A stretch of DNA of 63,953 nucleotides, counting the filler, from Octopus bimaculoides (lineage: Eukaryota), in NCBI RefSeq assembly GCF_001194135.2. It is 8 parts of 8 records of this genome, joined end to end, with 100 filler letters (N's around TTAATTAATTAA, not from the genome) between each part and the next. Parts side by side here need not be neighbours in the genome. Positions count along the whole stretch, not along the records: positions 44,767 to 62,267 come from NC_068985.1; 7 more parts are not named here. One strand, given 5' to 3'. Shown here in pieces: positions 50,101 to 62,247 of the stretch; position 1 is the first letter of the stretch; every line of letters begins with the position of its first letter. A program made the position numbers and the translations under genes. A model generated the notes under the pieces. It searched no databases. It saw only the letters and a program-made list of their open reading frames with translations, and was not told where the DNA came from.

Positions 50101-51074
50101 NNNNNNNNNNNNNNNNNNNNNNNNNNNNNNNNNNNNNNNNNNNNNNNNNNNNNNNNNNNNNNNNNNNNNNNNNNNNNNNNNNNNNNNNNNNNNNNNNNNN
50201 NNNNNNNNNNNNNNNNNNNNNNNNNNNNNNNNNNNNNNNNNNNNNNNNNNNNNNNNNNNNNNNNNNNNNNNNNNNNNNNNNNNNNNNNNNNNNNNNNNNN
50301 NNNNNNNNNNNNNNNNNNNNNNNNNNNNNNNNNNNNNNNNNNNNNNNNNNNNNNNNNNNNNNNNNNNNNNNNNNNNNNNNNNNNNNNNNNNNNNNNNNNN
50401 NNNNNNNNNNNNNNNNNNNNNNNNNNNNNNNNNNNNNNNNNNNNNNNNNNNNNNNNNNNNNNNNNNNNNNNNNNNNNNNNNNNNNNNNNNNNNNNNNNNN
50501 NNNNNNNNNNNNNNNNNNNNNNNNNNNNNNNNNNNNNNNNNNNNNNNNNNNNNNNATATATATATATATATATATAAATTTTTTTTTAAGCTTGTTACTT
50601 ATTCTATCAGTCTCTTTTGCTGAACTGCTAAGTTACAGGGATGAAAACACACAAACACTGGCTGTCAAGCAGCAGTGGGATACAAACAGACTCAAAGACA
50701 TACATACATATGACAGGCTTCTTTCAGTTTCTGTCATCCAAATCTACTCACAAGTCCATGGTTGGCCCGAGGCTACAGTTAGGGTGCCATGTGGTTGAGA
50801 AGCAAGCTTCTTTCTATATATAGTCATGGCAAGCAACAAAAAACTTTTTTATTGAAAATTATGTTTCTACTTTCACCATGGACATCAGAGACATACTATA
50901 AGCAAGGTTCAAAGACCTAGAACCTGTCACATATGGTTAACCAACAACCTAATGATGCAACAAAAGAGATTTAATATAGTGTTTTGACCAGATCACAGAA
51001 TCAATTATATAGGAGTTGAAGTCGAGTGGTTTGAATAAGTTTCAGAAACTTTAGTCACTGCATGTGTATACAAA

Positions 51075-51215
51075 TAACTACAGGAGCTGCACACATGCCA
51101 GCAACTCTACAGGACCAACAAGGATGCCAGCAACTCTACAAGAACTACATGTGTACAAGTAACTCTAGAGGAGCTACATGTGCATGTGAAAGTATTCAGG
51201 GGCTACATGCATATA
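51075..51215. repeat. Degenerate minisatellite of about 28-29 bp (AACTCTACAGGAGCTACATG...)
   Basis: Four to five imperfect units by eye. Confidence 0.55.
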
Positions 51216-53117
51216 GACATATCTATGATTTATATGTGTAGACAATTATACAGAGGGTATAATGTCTTCAAACTCTCTTCTAGCCCAGTATTATATATTT
51301 TCCTTATTACACTTCAATATTTCTCACATTAATAGCTAAGGAGTATTTCTATACATAAAACAGGATGTAACAACCACAAGGTATTTTGTACAGTATTCTA
51401 TTTCTCTCAATTCATTGCATCTTAATAATTATTTCTACCACAGGCATCCTGATTTTGGCACAAGACCTAACTGGCATTTTATTTTATTAGCCCAGAGAGG
51501 ATAAAGGCAAAATTGACCTCAACAGGATTTGAACTCAGAACATTAAAAAAATCAGAAACACTGTTAATAATAATAATGTCAAATTTTGGCACAAGGCCAG
51601 CAGTTTTAAGGGGAGCAGATAGTTAATTACATCAATCTTCAGTACTTGACTGGTACTTCATTTTATCAACACCAAAGCGATGAAAAGCAAAAAATTTGAA
51701 TTCAGGATGTAGAGACACATAGAATATTGCTAAGCATTTTTTCTGATGTGCTAATGATTCTGCCAATACATCAGTTTAATAACAACAACAATAATGTGAA
51801 TGATGAAAATGATGATGAAGACTTCTGACATAGGCACAAGATTGATAAAAGATGCAGTACTTGAATGTAGTAGCCTTCATGCCTATCCCAATCATGCTAG
51901 CAATATAAATGAAACAATATGGCTTCAAATAAGAAGCAGAACCAGTCTGTGGCTTATTGACCAGAACCTTACTGCTTACTCCATAATATTTCACCACAGA
52001 GTCTCAAATGTGCTATGGCAGGAGCAGAATCAACACCAGTACTTGATGGATATTTCATCAAACATAAAACAAAGAAATGCTGAATTAAACTCAGACGGAT
52101 TTGCACTCAAAATACACTGGGATGCAAGTAAATGGTAACACGTTTACAACACAAGAGTGGTTTTATATATTAGCACACACAGACATGTTTTTAGAGGGGA
52201 GGGAGATTAAGTCCATTAAATTAACACTTAGTACCTCCATTAAGGAGAAGTTAACATCAGTGGTGTAAAATTCAATATAAAGGGGCATAACTCAATATTG
52301 GAAGCGAATTAGTTCAGTATTGATTACCCCACTTTGACATCTTAACAATTAATAATAATGAAGAGAAGGGGTTAGTTGATTATATCAACTGAAGCGCTCA
52401 AGTGGCACTTATCAACTGTGAAAGGATAAGGACAAAAGGTAAAGTTGATCTCAGCAGTTCTTCCAAATCAACATTTGTGCTAATGCTTCTGCCAGCTTGG
52501 CATCTTAATAATAATAATTATTTCTACTAAAGGAACAAAGCCTGAAATTCTGGGGAAGGAGACTAGTTGATTACATTGACCCTCGGAAGTATGAAAGGTA
52601 AAGTTGACCTCGGTAGAATTTGAACTCAGAACATAGCCAAAATGCTAGTAATAGTTTAATAATAATAGTTTCAAATTTTGGTACAAGGCCAGCAATTTTG
52701 GAAAGGAGGTAAGCAAGTCGATTACAACCCCCCCCCCCCGTACTCAACTGGTACTTATTTTATTGACCCCAAAAGGATGAAAGGTAAAGTCAACCTCAGC
52801 AGAATTTGAACTTGGAATGTAAACAGACAAAATACTACTAGGCATGCCAACAATCCTGCCAGTTTGCTGCCTTTATATATATATNNNNNNNNNNNNNNNN
52901 NNNNNNNNNNNNNNNNNNNNNNNNNNNNNNNNNNNNNNNNNNNNNNNNNNNNNNNNNNNNNNNNNNNNNNNNNNNNNNNNNNNNNNNNNNNNNNNNNNNN
53001 NNNNNNNNNNNNNNNNNNNNNNNNNNNNNNNNNNNNNNNNAACTCAGAACGTAAGGATGGACCAAATGCTGCTAAACATTTTGTTTGGAATGCTAACAAT
53101 TCTGCCAGCTTGCTGTC

Positions 53118-53156
<39 letters not shown>

Positions 53157-53373
53157 GTGGTGGTGGTGGTGGTTTCAAATTTTGCCACAAGGAGGCGAGT
53201 GATGAGTCAATTACATCGACCCCAGTGTTTCACTGGTACTACTTCTTTTATCAACCCTGAATGGATGAAAGGCGAAGTTGACCTTGGCAGAATGTGAACT
53301 CAGAATGTAGCAATGGGCAAAATACCACTAAGCATTTCATCTAGCACGCTAACAATTCTGCCAGTTCGCCACC

Positions 53374-53422
<49 letters not shown>

Positions 53423-54507
53423 TGATGATGATTTCTAACATAGATATAGGGCAAAACATTCTGGAGACAGGGAGTAGTTGATCAAATCAACTGAAATATT
53501 TGGCTTGTACTTTGTTATCAACCCCATAAGAATGAGAGAAAAAAAATTAACCACAGTAAGATTTGAACACAGAATGCCAAGAGTCATAACTAAATACCTC
53601 AAGGTATCTTGTCAGATACTCTATGACTCTGCCATCAAACCCCAGCATTTGCCTGGTACTTATTTCATCAACCCCTGAGAAAATGAAACTAAAAGTTGAC
53701 CTAGGCAGGATTTGAACTTGATAAAACTACATGCTTTTTTTACAAAAAATAGAAAATAATATCTTTACATTCCTATCACAGTTTAAAATTGAACACAGTT
53801 TTGCTCTAAGGGTTGACAACTAAAATATTCTTTCTTAAAAAAAAAAAATGAAAAAATGAGATTAAATTAATTCAAAGCTTAACAGTTTATAAAGAGGAAG
53901 GATATGAAAGTTCAGTTTGTAAAATTTTAAAAATGAAATTAAGAAAAGTAAAAAATGAAATTTAAGAAAAGTAAAAAAAACTGGTCTGAAAGTTATAAAA
54001 ATGTTTGGGATTTTTTTTTTCTCCAATGGACAAAAATTTAGGTTAAAAAAAAAAAGGCAAAAATAATTTTTCAACAAAAAAAAAAAACATTTGTTCTTAG
54101 TAATTTTGATGAAGATTTGTCATTTTAATATCTGAAAATGTTTTGCTTTGCTTTTTGTAGTGAAGAATCCTTGAGAATGAAAGAAAAAAAAAATAATAAA
54201 ATGATAAAAATACAGTGATGAAGAGTACAAAAAAATAGTAAAATGAATAAATAAATAAGAGAGAAGCCATCTCTTCATGTTGTTCTGAACGACAGCAGTG
54301 GATGGTGAGAACAGGCAGCAATGGATAAATGTAAAATGGATGATAAGACAGTCCAGATGATGACAATGATGATGATAACTAGATGAGTGGTTCATTGAAT
54401 GGAGAGAGAAAGAGAGAGAGAGAAAGAGAAAGAAAGAGAGAGAGGGAAGTATTTGTATTTGTTTCACTGAGACAAAGTCTTGAACACTCATGGATGGTTC
54501 TTACAGC

Positions 54508-54584
54508 TTAATTTTCCACAGACCAAAGAGTGGGATGAAACACATTTTGTCTTGAACGAGGCTGCTGGAAGTGATAAGGGCTGC
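54508..54584 (-). CDS. NUP210: Nup210 last coding exon: (G)SPYHFQQPRSRQNVFHPTLWSVEN*
   Basis: TTTCTGATTTCAG acceptor, phase 1, matching the upstream donor. The LWS motif corresponds to the gp210 C-terminal GLWSP. Confidence 0.85.
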
Positions 54585-55331
54585 CTGAAATCAGAAAGGA
54601 AATAGATATAATGCCACCAAATTAATAATTTGTTGATGTGATAAACTCAGATATGCATATGTGTGTATGCACACAAATATATATATGTAATATGGCTACA
54701 AAATAAGTTTCACAATTATGTGGACTTTGGTTCAGTTCCATTGCATTCCACCATCGGCAAGAGTCTTCCACAATAGACGTGGGTCTACCAATACTTTGTG
54801 AGTGAATTTGGTAGATCGAAACTGAACAAATTACCTCATGTGTGTATGTGTGTGTGTACACAAGTTCCATCCACTGGAAGAGGGAGATGCAGGCAGATAT
54901 AGGACAAAGTATTGAAGGCCGATCTCAAGGCACTGAGCCTTACAAAGGAGATGACTAAGGATTGAGATATTTGGGGCCTTGCTATACTCAAGACCCATTC
55001 GCCACAGCAGAATTGATACTCATGCTGGTGCCACATTAAAACACAAAGAGAAAAATGCTTGCACACATAAGCAGAATGAAAGGGAGAGAAAGAGAGAAAG
55101 GAAATAAGGAAGAAAAAGGGAGGGAGAGAAATACTAGTTTCAAATTTTGGCATGAGGCCAGCAATTTCAGGGGATGGGGTAAGTCGATTACATCGACCCC
55201 AGTATTTAACTGGTACTTATTTTATCAACCTCAAAAGGATGACAGGCAAAGTCAACCTCTGCAGAATTTGAATTCAGGATGTTAAGTTGGAGGAAATACC
55301 ACTAAGCAATTTTTCCAACACAGTAACAATT

Positions 55332-55562
55332 TTTATTTCTTTATTGCCCACACGGGGCTAAACAAAGAGGGGACAAACAAGGACAGACAAAGGGATTAAG
55401 TCGATTACATCGACCCCAGTGCGTAACTGGTACTTAATTTATCGACCCCGGAAGGATGAAAGGCAAAGTTGACCTCGGAGGAATTTGAACTCAGAACGTA
55501 ATAGCAGACAAAATACTGCTAAGCATTTCGCCCAGCGCGCTAACAATTCTGCCAGCTTGCTG
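55332..55562 (-). mobile_element. Family C SINE inserted into an older family C copy, with an 11-bp TSD
   Basis: CAGTAACAATT at 55321-55331 and 55563-55573. Confidence 0.8.
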
Positions 55563-55807
55563 CAGTAACAATTCTGCCAACTCACCACCTTTGGAGGGAG
55601 AGAAATATTAAAACATGTAACATCAAATAAGCCAGTGTTGAATTAATGATACCAAATAAATGGCACCAAAACAACTGTGCCAAAATATCTCATACCAGTC
55701 ATTCAATGCAATTCAAAGATGACACCATAACAAAATCCCTTCCTTCTAGTTTATACATGATTCAAATAATTACTATTTCACCACATTTCAGACACAATAG
55801 AACTTAC

Positions 55808-56002
55808 CTGAAGAATTGAAAGACCTATGAAACAGGTGACTTGTATTTCTAATGCTTTGGGGAGTCTCTTCCGGATAACGATTTCTTTGCACTTCTTTGG
55901 GTGTTAAAACGGGTGTATGCGGAGAACTGTTCTTGTATTGGTGCTGAAGGAAAACATCATGCCTGTCACTGACTCTCTGTGCTCCATACCGTATTTGGTA
56001 GG
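55808..56002 (-). CDS. NUP210: Nup210 cytoplasmic-tail exon: (A)YQIRYGAQRVSDRH...SSPHTPVLTPKEV...FNSS
   Basis: TATCTTCAG acceptor and GTAAGT donor; 195 nt, phase 1 to 1, open. Confidence 0.88.
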
Positions 56003-56678
56003 CTGAAGATATAAAAGAACATTACATTATAGTCATCATCTCAAGAATAGTTTCAAACAGACAAATTTCACATGGCTGTGCAGTTAAGATGCTCTCTTCC
56101 CCACCACATTGTTTCAGATTCAGTTCTATTCTACTGTGTAGCATCTTGGCCAAGTGTCTGCTACTACAGCCCTAGGTTGACCAAAGCCGCGTGAGTAGAT
56201 TTGGTAGACAGAAACTGGAAAAAGGCCTTTATATACATATATGTAATTTGTTCTAGAACAATCCAAGGAAAGCTCATTATCACTGGTATATAAATTTATG
56301 ACTCATAAGTTCCAACACATGAAACTCTTGGCCCTTGAGTTACTCTGTAACTTCTGTTAATTATTAATAAACACACGCACGTAAAATATGGGCTGCTTTC
56401 AGTTTCCAGCTACCAAATCTACTCATTAGGCTTTGGTAGACTCAGAGCTATAGTAGAGGACACTTGCCCAAAGTGTCACACAGTAAAACTGAACCCAAGC
56501 ATAGAAGAACGAGAGGCAAGCTTCCTAACCACACAACCATGCATTCAGAAAGGAAATGTTGAACTTGCAGCTGAGAATATAAACAAAAGACAGCAGATTA
56601 AGGACTCTAGTCATCGTGAATTTTTCTATCTCTAATACAATCTGCTTCTACAACCTCATTATCTTTATGACAGAACTG

Positions 56679-57057
56679 TTGTTGTTGTTGACACTCCGTC
56701 GCTTACGACGTCAAGGGTTCAGGTTGATCCGATCAACAGAACAGCCTGCTCGTGAAATTAACGTGCAAGTGGCTGAGCACTCCACAGACACGTGTACCCT
56801 TAACGTAGTTCTCGCGGATATTCAGCGTGACACAGTGTGACAAGGCTGACCCTTTGAATTACAGGCACAACAGACACAGGAAGTAAGAGTGAGAGAAAGT
56901 TGTGGTGAAAGAGTACAGCAGGGTTCGCCACCATCCCCTGCCAGAGCCTCGTGGAGCTTTAGGTGTTTTCGCTCAATAAACACTCACAACGCCCGGTCTG
57001 GGAATCGAAACCGCGATCCTATGACCGCGAGTCCGCTGCCCTAACCACTGGGCCTCC
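56679..57057 (-). mobile_element. Full-length tRNA-derived SINE (family D) with (AAC)n tail and 12-bp TSD
   Basis: A-box GGCCCAGTGG and B-box GTTTCGATTCC on the minus strand; TSD ATGACAGAACTG at 56667-56678 and 57058-57069. Confidence 0.92.
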
Positions 57058-57693
57058 ATGACAGAACTGATAAAGCAGTAAACAAAATATCACATGACGT
57101 TTAGTTTCTTCTTTTTTTATGTTTCAAGTTCAAATCTTCCTGGACTTACACAATTCTGCCTTTTTCCTTGGGAGTCGATAAAATAAGTCCAAGTAATGTA
57201 ATAGAGTTAATTTAATCAATTACACATCCTCTCCCCAGACATTTGTGGCCTTGTGTCTATGTTAGATATTATTTAGAAATCTCTTGAGACATCCAGAACA
57301 GTTATCTATAACCCCTCTACCAATGGTCATCACTCACAATGAGCATGACCTGGGAACACTTTTGGTAATTGTTTTAGTTGTCTCTGTACACATGAGTATA
57401 CATTCTCACCCTCTTGGTCCTCACTTACTCATTCCAGTGAACCACTGAGAATGTGATCGCTGGTGGAAGGTGAGAGAAGCATTACAAGCTGCAGCTAATA
57501 CATATTTCACAGGAAATGCAGTGCCTTGCTCAAGAACACAATACAGTGCCTTGCTCGGGAATTGAACCTACAACCTTATGATCATGAACCCAATATCCTA
57601 ATCACTATTCCACACCCTTTCACAATTACCAACAGATGGAGGTAAAACAGATACAAATATAAATGAATACAATAATAATGGTAAAAATCATAC

Positions 57694-57798
57694 CTAAAGC
57701 CAAAATTAAAAAGAATGCAGTTATAAAGAGTAAAATGAGAAACCAGAATGTTTGGCTGGTTGTCACCTCTGTGAAGGATCGGTCTTTGTTTTTGGAAT
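57694..57798 (-). CDS. NUP210: Nup210 transmembrane exon: (D)SKNKDRSFTEVTTSQTFWFLILLFITAFFLILAL
   Basis: TACATTACAG acceptor and GTATGA donor; 105 nt, phase 1 to 1, with a hydrophobic run of about 19 aa. Confidence 0.88.
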
Positions 57799-59519
57799 CT
57801 GTAATGTATAAAAAATAAAAATAATAAAAAACATCTGAATTAAATGAATTTGTTATTTTAAATAAAGACATCTGTTTGGAAAATTGACATAACTAAGTTT
57901 AGGCTTTTATTTTTTAAAAATTCAAACATTCAATATTTCAATTATAAGACATACACTGATAATTAATCTAAACAATAACACTATTTCTGTATGAAATGGA
58001 AACATTGATAGATCAAGTCAGAGATGAAACAGAAAAGAAACAGGTTTGTTTATTCATTTAATGTTCAGTTTTCCATGCTAACATGGGTTGGACAGGTAAC
58101 TTATTTGACACAGGATTTATAGCCAGATATTCTTCCTGTTACCAATGTTGATATGACTTTCAAGCAAAGGATTTTCGTTATATAATTCAACAGGACCTTG
58201 GAAGCACAAAGTAATTGGTCATTATATGAAGATGGAATATCATCAAGTCTCCATTTCACTCAGATGATGACAAGTGAAGCTGTGAGAGATTAATATTCAT
58301 GCATATTCTCTTGCATACTCTCACACACATGCATACACACATATACAACAGACTTCTTACCACCAAATCAACTTACAAGGCATTAGTCAGCTCAGTGCTA
58401 TATAAGACACATGCCCAGGGGTCACACACTGTGGGACTAAAGCCAAAAGAATGTGGTTGCAAAATGAACTTGTTAACCACAAAGTCATGCCTACAACATC
58501 CTTATCAACGTCATTTAACATCTGTTCTGTCTTTCATGCTGGCATGAGTTGGCTGGTTTGATGGGATCCAATGAGCCAGAAGACTGCCTCGAATTCCAAT
58601 ATCTGCTTTGCCATTATTTCTACAGCTAAATGTCTTTCCTAAGGACAATCATTTGCGGAATGTGCTGGGTATTTTTATCCATGGCACAAGCACTGGTAAC
58701 TTGCAAAACAAGAACCTCTTAACAGAGTGGAGTGCAGTTATGATGGAGGTAGCTTTATGCAAGGTGTTGGAAGGCTAAAGTTTAAAAGAGGGACAGAAAC
58801 GGGTGTTTTGCTGGAGACGAAATACATTGCAAACCCCATCTGGAAAGGGTGAAACAATGGTCGAGATGAGGTGACAGGACATATCCTTCATGTAAAAGAC
58901 ATTCAATATAAGAGAGAATAGGGTGAGAAGATCATGTATGGGTGGATGGGTAAATTCATAAGAGTGTGAAAGGAAAGTGAAGGATGGTTAGAGATAGGGA
59001 TAGTGGTGAATGTGGTAACTGGTGAGCACAGGTGGAGGCATGGTCAATGGTGCATTCTAGTTTGGGGAGGAAGGTAAAGGAAGATAGGAGTGGGTCAGGA
59101 AGGAAGAGGTAATAAGTGATACTACACAAGAAGGATGGAAGACGGAGAGCAATAGAGGATATTAAACCAGAGCTCCTGTAAAACCTCACAAAAACATTTC
59201 AATCTGTGCAAGCATGGGTGGGTGGATGGTTAAGAAGATCACTTTGCAAACACATTGTTTCAGATTCAGTGCCACTTGCACCTTGTACAAGTGTATTCTA
59301 CAGTAGCTCTGGGCCAACCAATGTTTGAGTGAATTTAATAGATGGAAACTGTGTGGAAGTCTGTGAGTGCGCGCACACACACATTTGTCTTTCACCAATG
59401 CTCGACAACTGGTGTTTGTTTACATCACTGTAACTTAACAGTTTGGTAAAAGACTGATAGAATAAGAACCAGATATAAAAATAAGTACTGGAATCGATTT
59501 GTTCAGCTAAATCCTTTAA

Positions 59520-59735
59520 CCCTTTAGCATTTAAACTGACCATATCTGGCCAAAACAATCTACCTGTTTTAATTTTAAACTGGCCAGATCTGGCCTCCTT
59601 CACTTACCCTACAATATTATTCTAAAAATAAACAATCACATAATTGAAATCTTAAAGCTACAAGGTAATGCATGACTAATTCATATCAATGTGAATAAGT
59701 GTTACATTTGACAGAGAAACCTGAATGCTAAAGGG
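59520..59735. mobile_element. piggyBac-like MITE inserted at TTAA inside a family B SINE
   Basis: TTAA at 59516-59519 and 59736-59739; TIRs CCCTTTAGCATT...AATGCTAAAGGG. The host SINE resumes at GGTGGTGCCCCAGC. Confidence 0.85.
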
Positions 59736-59831
59736 TTAAGGTGGTGCCCCAGCATGGCCACAGTCCAATGACTGAGACAAATAACAAAAAAGAAAAAGAA
59801 ACATGCAAAGCAACAAAACAGAAATACATAC

Positions 59832-60048
59832 CTGAAACAATTTGTTTACTGTCAGTCAGTTTAATGTAGACCGGAATATGGACATGTTGGCCAGTGAGAG
59901 GACAAGAAAAGTCTAAATAGAGATCAGTGCGAAGACGATCCCATACTGTGCTGACATCACGTAGACGGATTAGGTAGACTATAATAGATGTGGTTATATC
60001 AGGCTGAGGAGGTAAAACTTCAATAAAGGACGGGTCACTGGCAGTCAC
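59832..60048 (-). CDS. NUP210: Nup210 luminal exon: VTASDPSFIEVLPP...DFSCPLTGQHVHIPVYIKLTDSKQIVS
   Basis: TTTGTTTTAAAG acceptor and GTATGT donor, phase 0 to 1. FSCPLTGQHVHIPV aligns with the recalled human gp210 FSSPVTNQAIAIPV. Confidence 0.9.
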
Positions 60049-60517
60049 CTTTAAAACAAAGATTTTATACTGTTAATTACAAGATCATCATCATCACTGT
60101 GTTAACATCCACTTATCCATTCTTGCATGAGTCAGACAGAATTCATTGAGGTACACTTTCTACAGCTGAATGCCCTTCCTGCTGCCAACCTTCACCTATT
60201 TCCAAAGGAAATGTTTCCCCATAGCCTGACATGCTTTTGTAGAATATTGGCAATAAATGATACTGCTTGTATGATAGTTACAGTCATTTACAACTATCAC
60301 ATAAAGAAGCATACACACACATAGGTTTCTCTCAGTTTCTGTCAATCAAATTCACTTACAAAGCTTTGGTTAGCCAGGGCTATAGCAGAAGATACTTGCC
60401 GAAGAGGTGCCATGCAGTAAAATTGAATTTGAAACCATGCAGTTGGGAAGCAAACAGTCATGCCTTCCCCATGTTAGTATATATATATATATATATATAT
60501 ATACACAATATATATTT

Positions 60518-60558
<41 letters not shown>

Positions 60559-60661
60559 CCAAGTATATTTTTCAAAGTGATCAATATATTATTTAAGACC
60601 ACAGAATGAGAAAAACTCTATGTAAGAAATAGTTGACTATATGTTGTTGTTGTTGTTTGTT

Positions 60662-61028
60662 GGCACTCCATCACTTACGACGACGAGGGTTCCAGTTGAT
60701 CTGATCAACGGAACAGCCTGCTCGTGAAATTAACGTGCAAGTGGCTGAGCACTCCACAGACACGTGTACCCTTAATGTAGTTCTCGGGGAGATTCAGCGT
60801 GACACAGTGTGATAAAGCTGGCCCTTTGAATTACAGGTAGAACAGAAACAGGAAGTAAGAGTGAGAGAAAGTTGTGTTGAAAGTGTACAGCAGGGTTCGC
60901 CACCATCCCCTGCCGGAGCCTTGTGGAGCTTTAGGTGTTTTCGTTCAATAAACGTTCACAACGGCCAGTCTGGGAATCGAAACCGCGATCCTATGACCGC
61001 GAGTCCGCTGCCCTAACCACTGGGCCAG
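60662..61028 (-). mobile_element. Full-length family D SINE
   Basis: Near-identical to 56679-57057. Confidence 0.88.
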
Positions 61029-61287
61029 GGCGCCCCCACTGCCTATACGTAGAAACAACTCAAAGTAACAGAAACAAAACACTGAAATTGGCAAAAATAC
61101 TCTTAAACCATAAACTCAAAGTCAATGAAATGTGTTAGATGAAGAAGCAGAGACTAAGCAAATAGTAACACCATCATCATCAAAGCATTTACTGAAGGAG
61201 TGAATTTAAATACTATTTATTGAAAGAGTATAAATTTAGAGAAAAGAACCAAATCAAAATTTTGGAAATAAGAAAGAAATAACTTAC

Positions 61288-61538
61288 TAAAATGTGTTCA
61301 AATAGAGCTGATATAGTTGAGAGTCTTAGAGTTGATTGGGGATTGGTGGTAGAAAGATAGAGTTCAAGAGAATGGATATGAAATCCTGGATAGAAAGGTA
61401 ATGTCTCTGAGTGTGCAGATATGACAGGTTGGTTCTCTTCACTTGGAATGGTCACATGGACAATGACATTACTCATTAGTGTCGTTAAAGACAGTCCCAG
61501 ATTTTTACTCTCCACTGTCACTTTACAAACAAAATTGC
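61288..61538 (-). CDS. NUP210: Nup210 luminal exon: (G)NFVCKVTVESK...TLPFYPGFHIHSLELYLSTTNPQSTLRLSTISALFEHIL
   Basis: TTTCTTTGTAG acceptor and GTAAGT donor, phase 1 to 0, joining in frame to 60048. LPFYPG corresponds to the gp210 VPFSPG. Confidence 0.88.
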
Positions 61539-61634
61539 CTACAAAGAAACAAAGATATAAAAAAGGGTTTGAAGACACACAATACACACATACATGTAAA
61601 CACATAAAATAGAAATATTTTCAATAACATATCT

Positions 61635-61863
61635 TTAACCCTTTAGTGTTTAAATCAGCTATATCCAGCCTAAATATTCTACCTGCTTTATGTTCAAACT
61701 GGTCAGATCTGGCCTCTCACACCTACCTTGCAATGTCAATCTTAAAATAGACAACTACATCATCGATATCTCAAAGCTACAAGATAATGTGAGATTAATT
61801 CAAAACAATGTAATTAAATAAACATTACACTTGACAGAGTTATACGAATATTAAAGGATTAAT
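61635..61863. mobile_element. piggyBac-like MITE
   Basis: TTAACCCTTTAG...AAAGGATTAA; the body is homologous to 59520-59735. Confidence 0.7.
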
Positions 61864-61940
61864 GTGTTGCAAAGTAAAAATATGTTGAAAGTCAGTATAT
61901 AACTCCTGTAACAGCAGTACAAACTGATTCTTTTTATTAG

Positions 61941-62247
61941 TCACTAGCAGAAGTGCCCGGCGTTGCTCGGGGCTTAATTGTTTTAAAGTACTGTTGATGA
62001 TTCTACTCAATTATGATTATTGAGGGAAAGATTGCTATAAGTTGAAAACCAACCAATCAATTTGCAACTGGACAGAAAGCCTTGCCTAGAGCATTGCAGC
62101 ACTCTGAGAAGTGGGTAACAATAGAATGTGAGGTGGGCCTGAAAAAGCTGTTTTATTGTTCTCACAATTGTAACAATGTCTTAGCAATGCAGATGACTTA
62201 AGACACGCACGTACTGTATCAGCTCTATTCCCCTTGGGAATAACTGG
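61941..62247 (+). mobile_element. Possible Helentron/HINE-like element start
   Basis: ACTAGCAG...CCCGGCGTTGCTCGGG subterminal palindrome typical of such elements; runs into a gap. Confidence 0.35.

Noticed and set aside
54508-55808. Possible Nup210-BIR read-through fusion (tail exon phase 1 to the BIR acceptor at 39007, phase 1)
   Set aside because: A proper Nup210 terminal exon with LWS and a stop exists at 54508-54584, so separate genes are the simpler reading.
60955-61028. tRNA-like sequences with A and B boxes (also near 57000 and 6640)
   Set aside because: These are SINE heads continuous with repeat bodies; no complete cloverleaf was evident.
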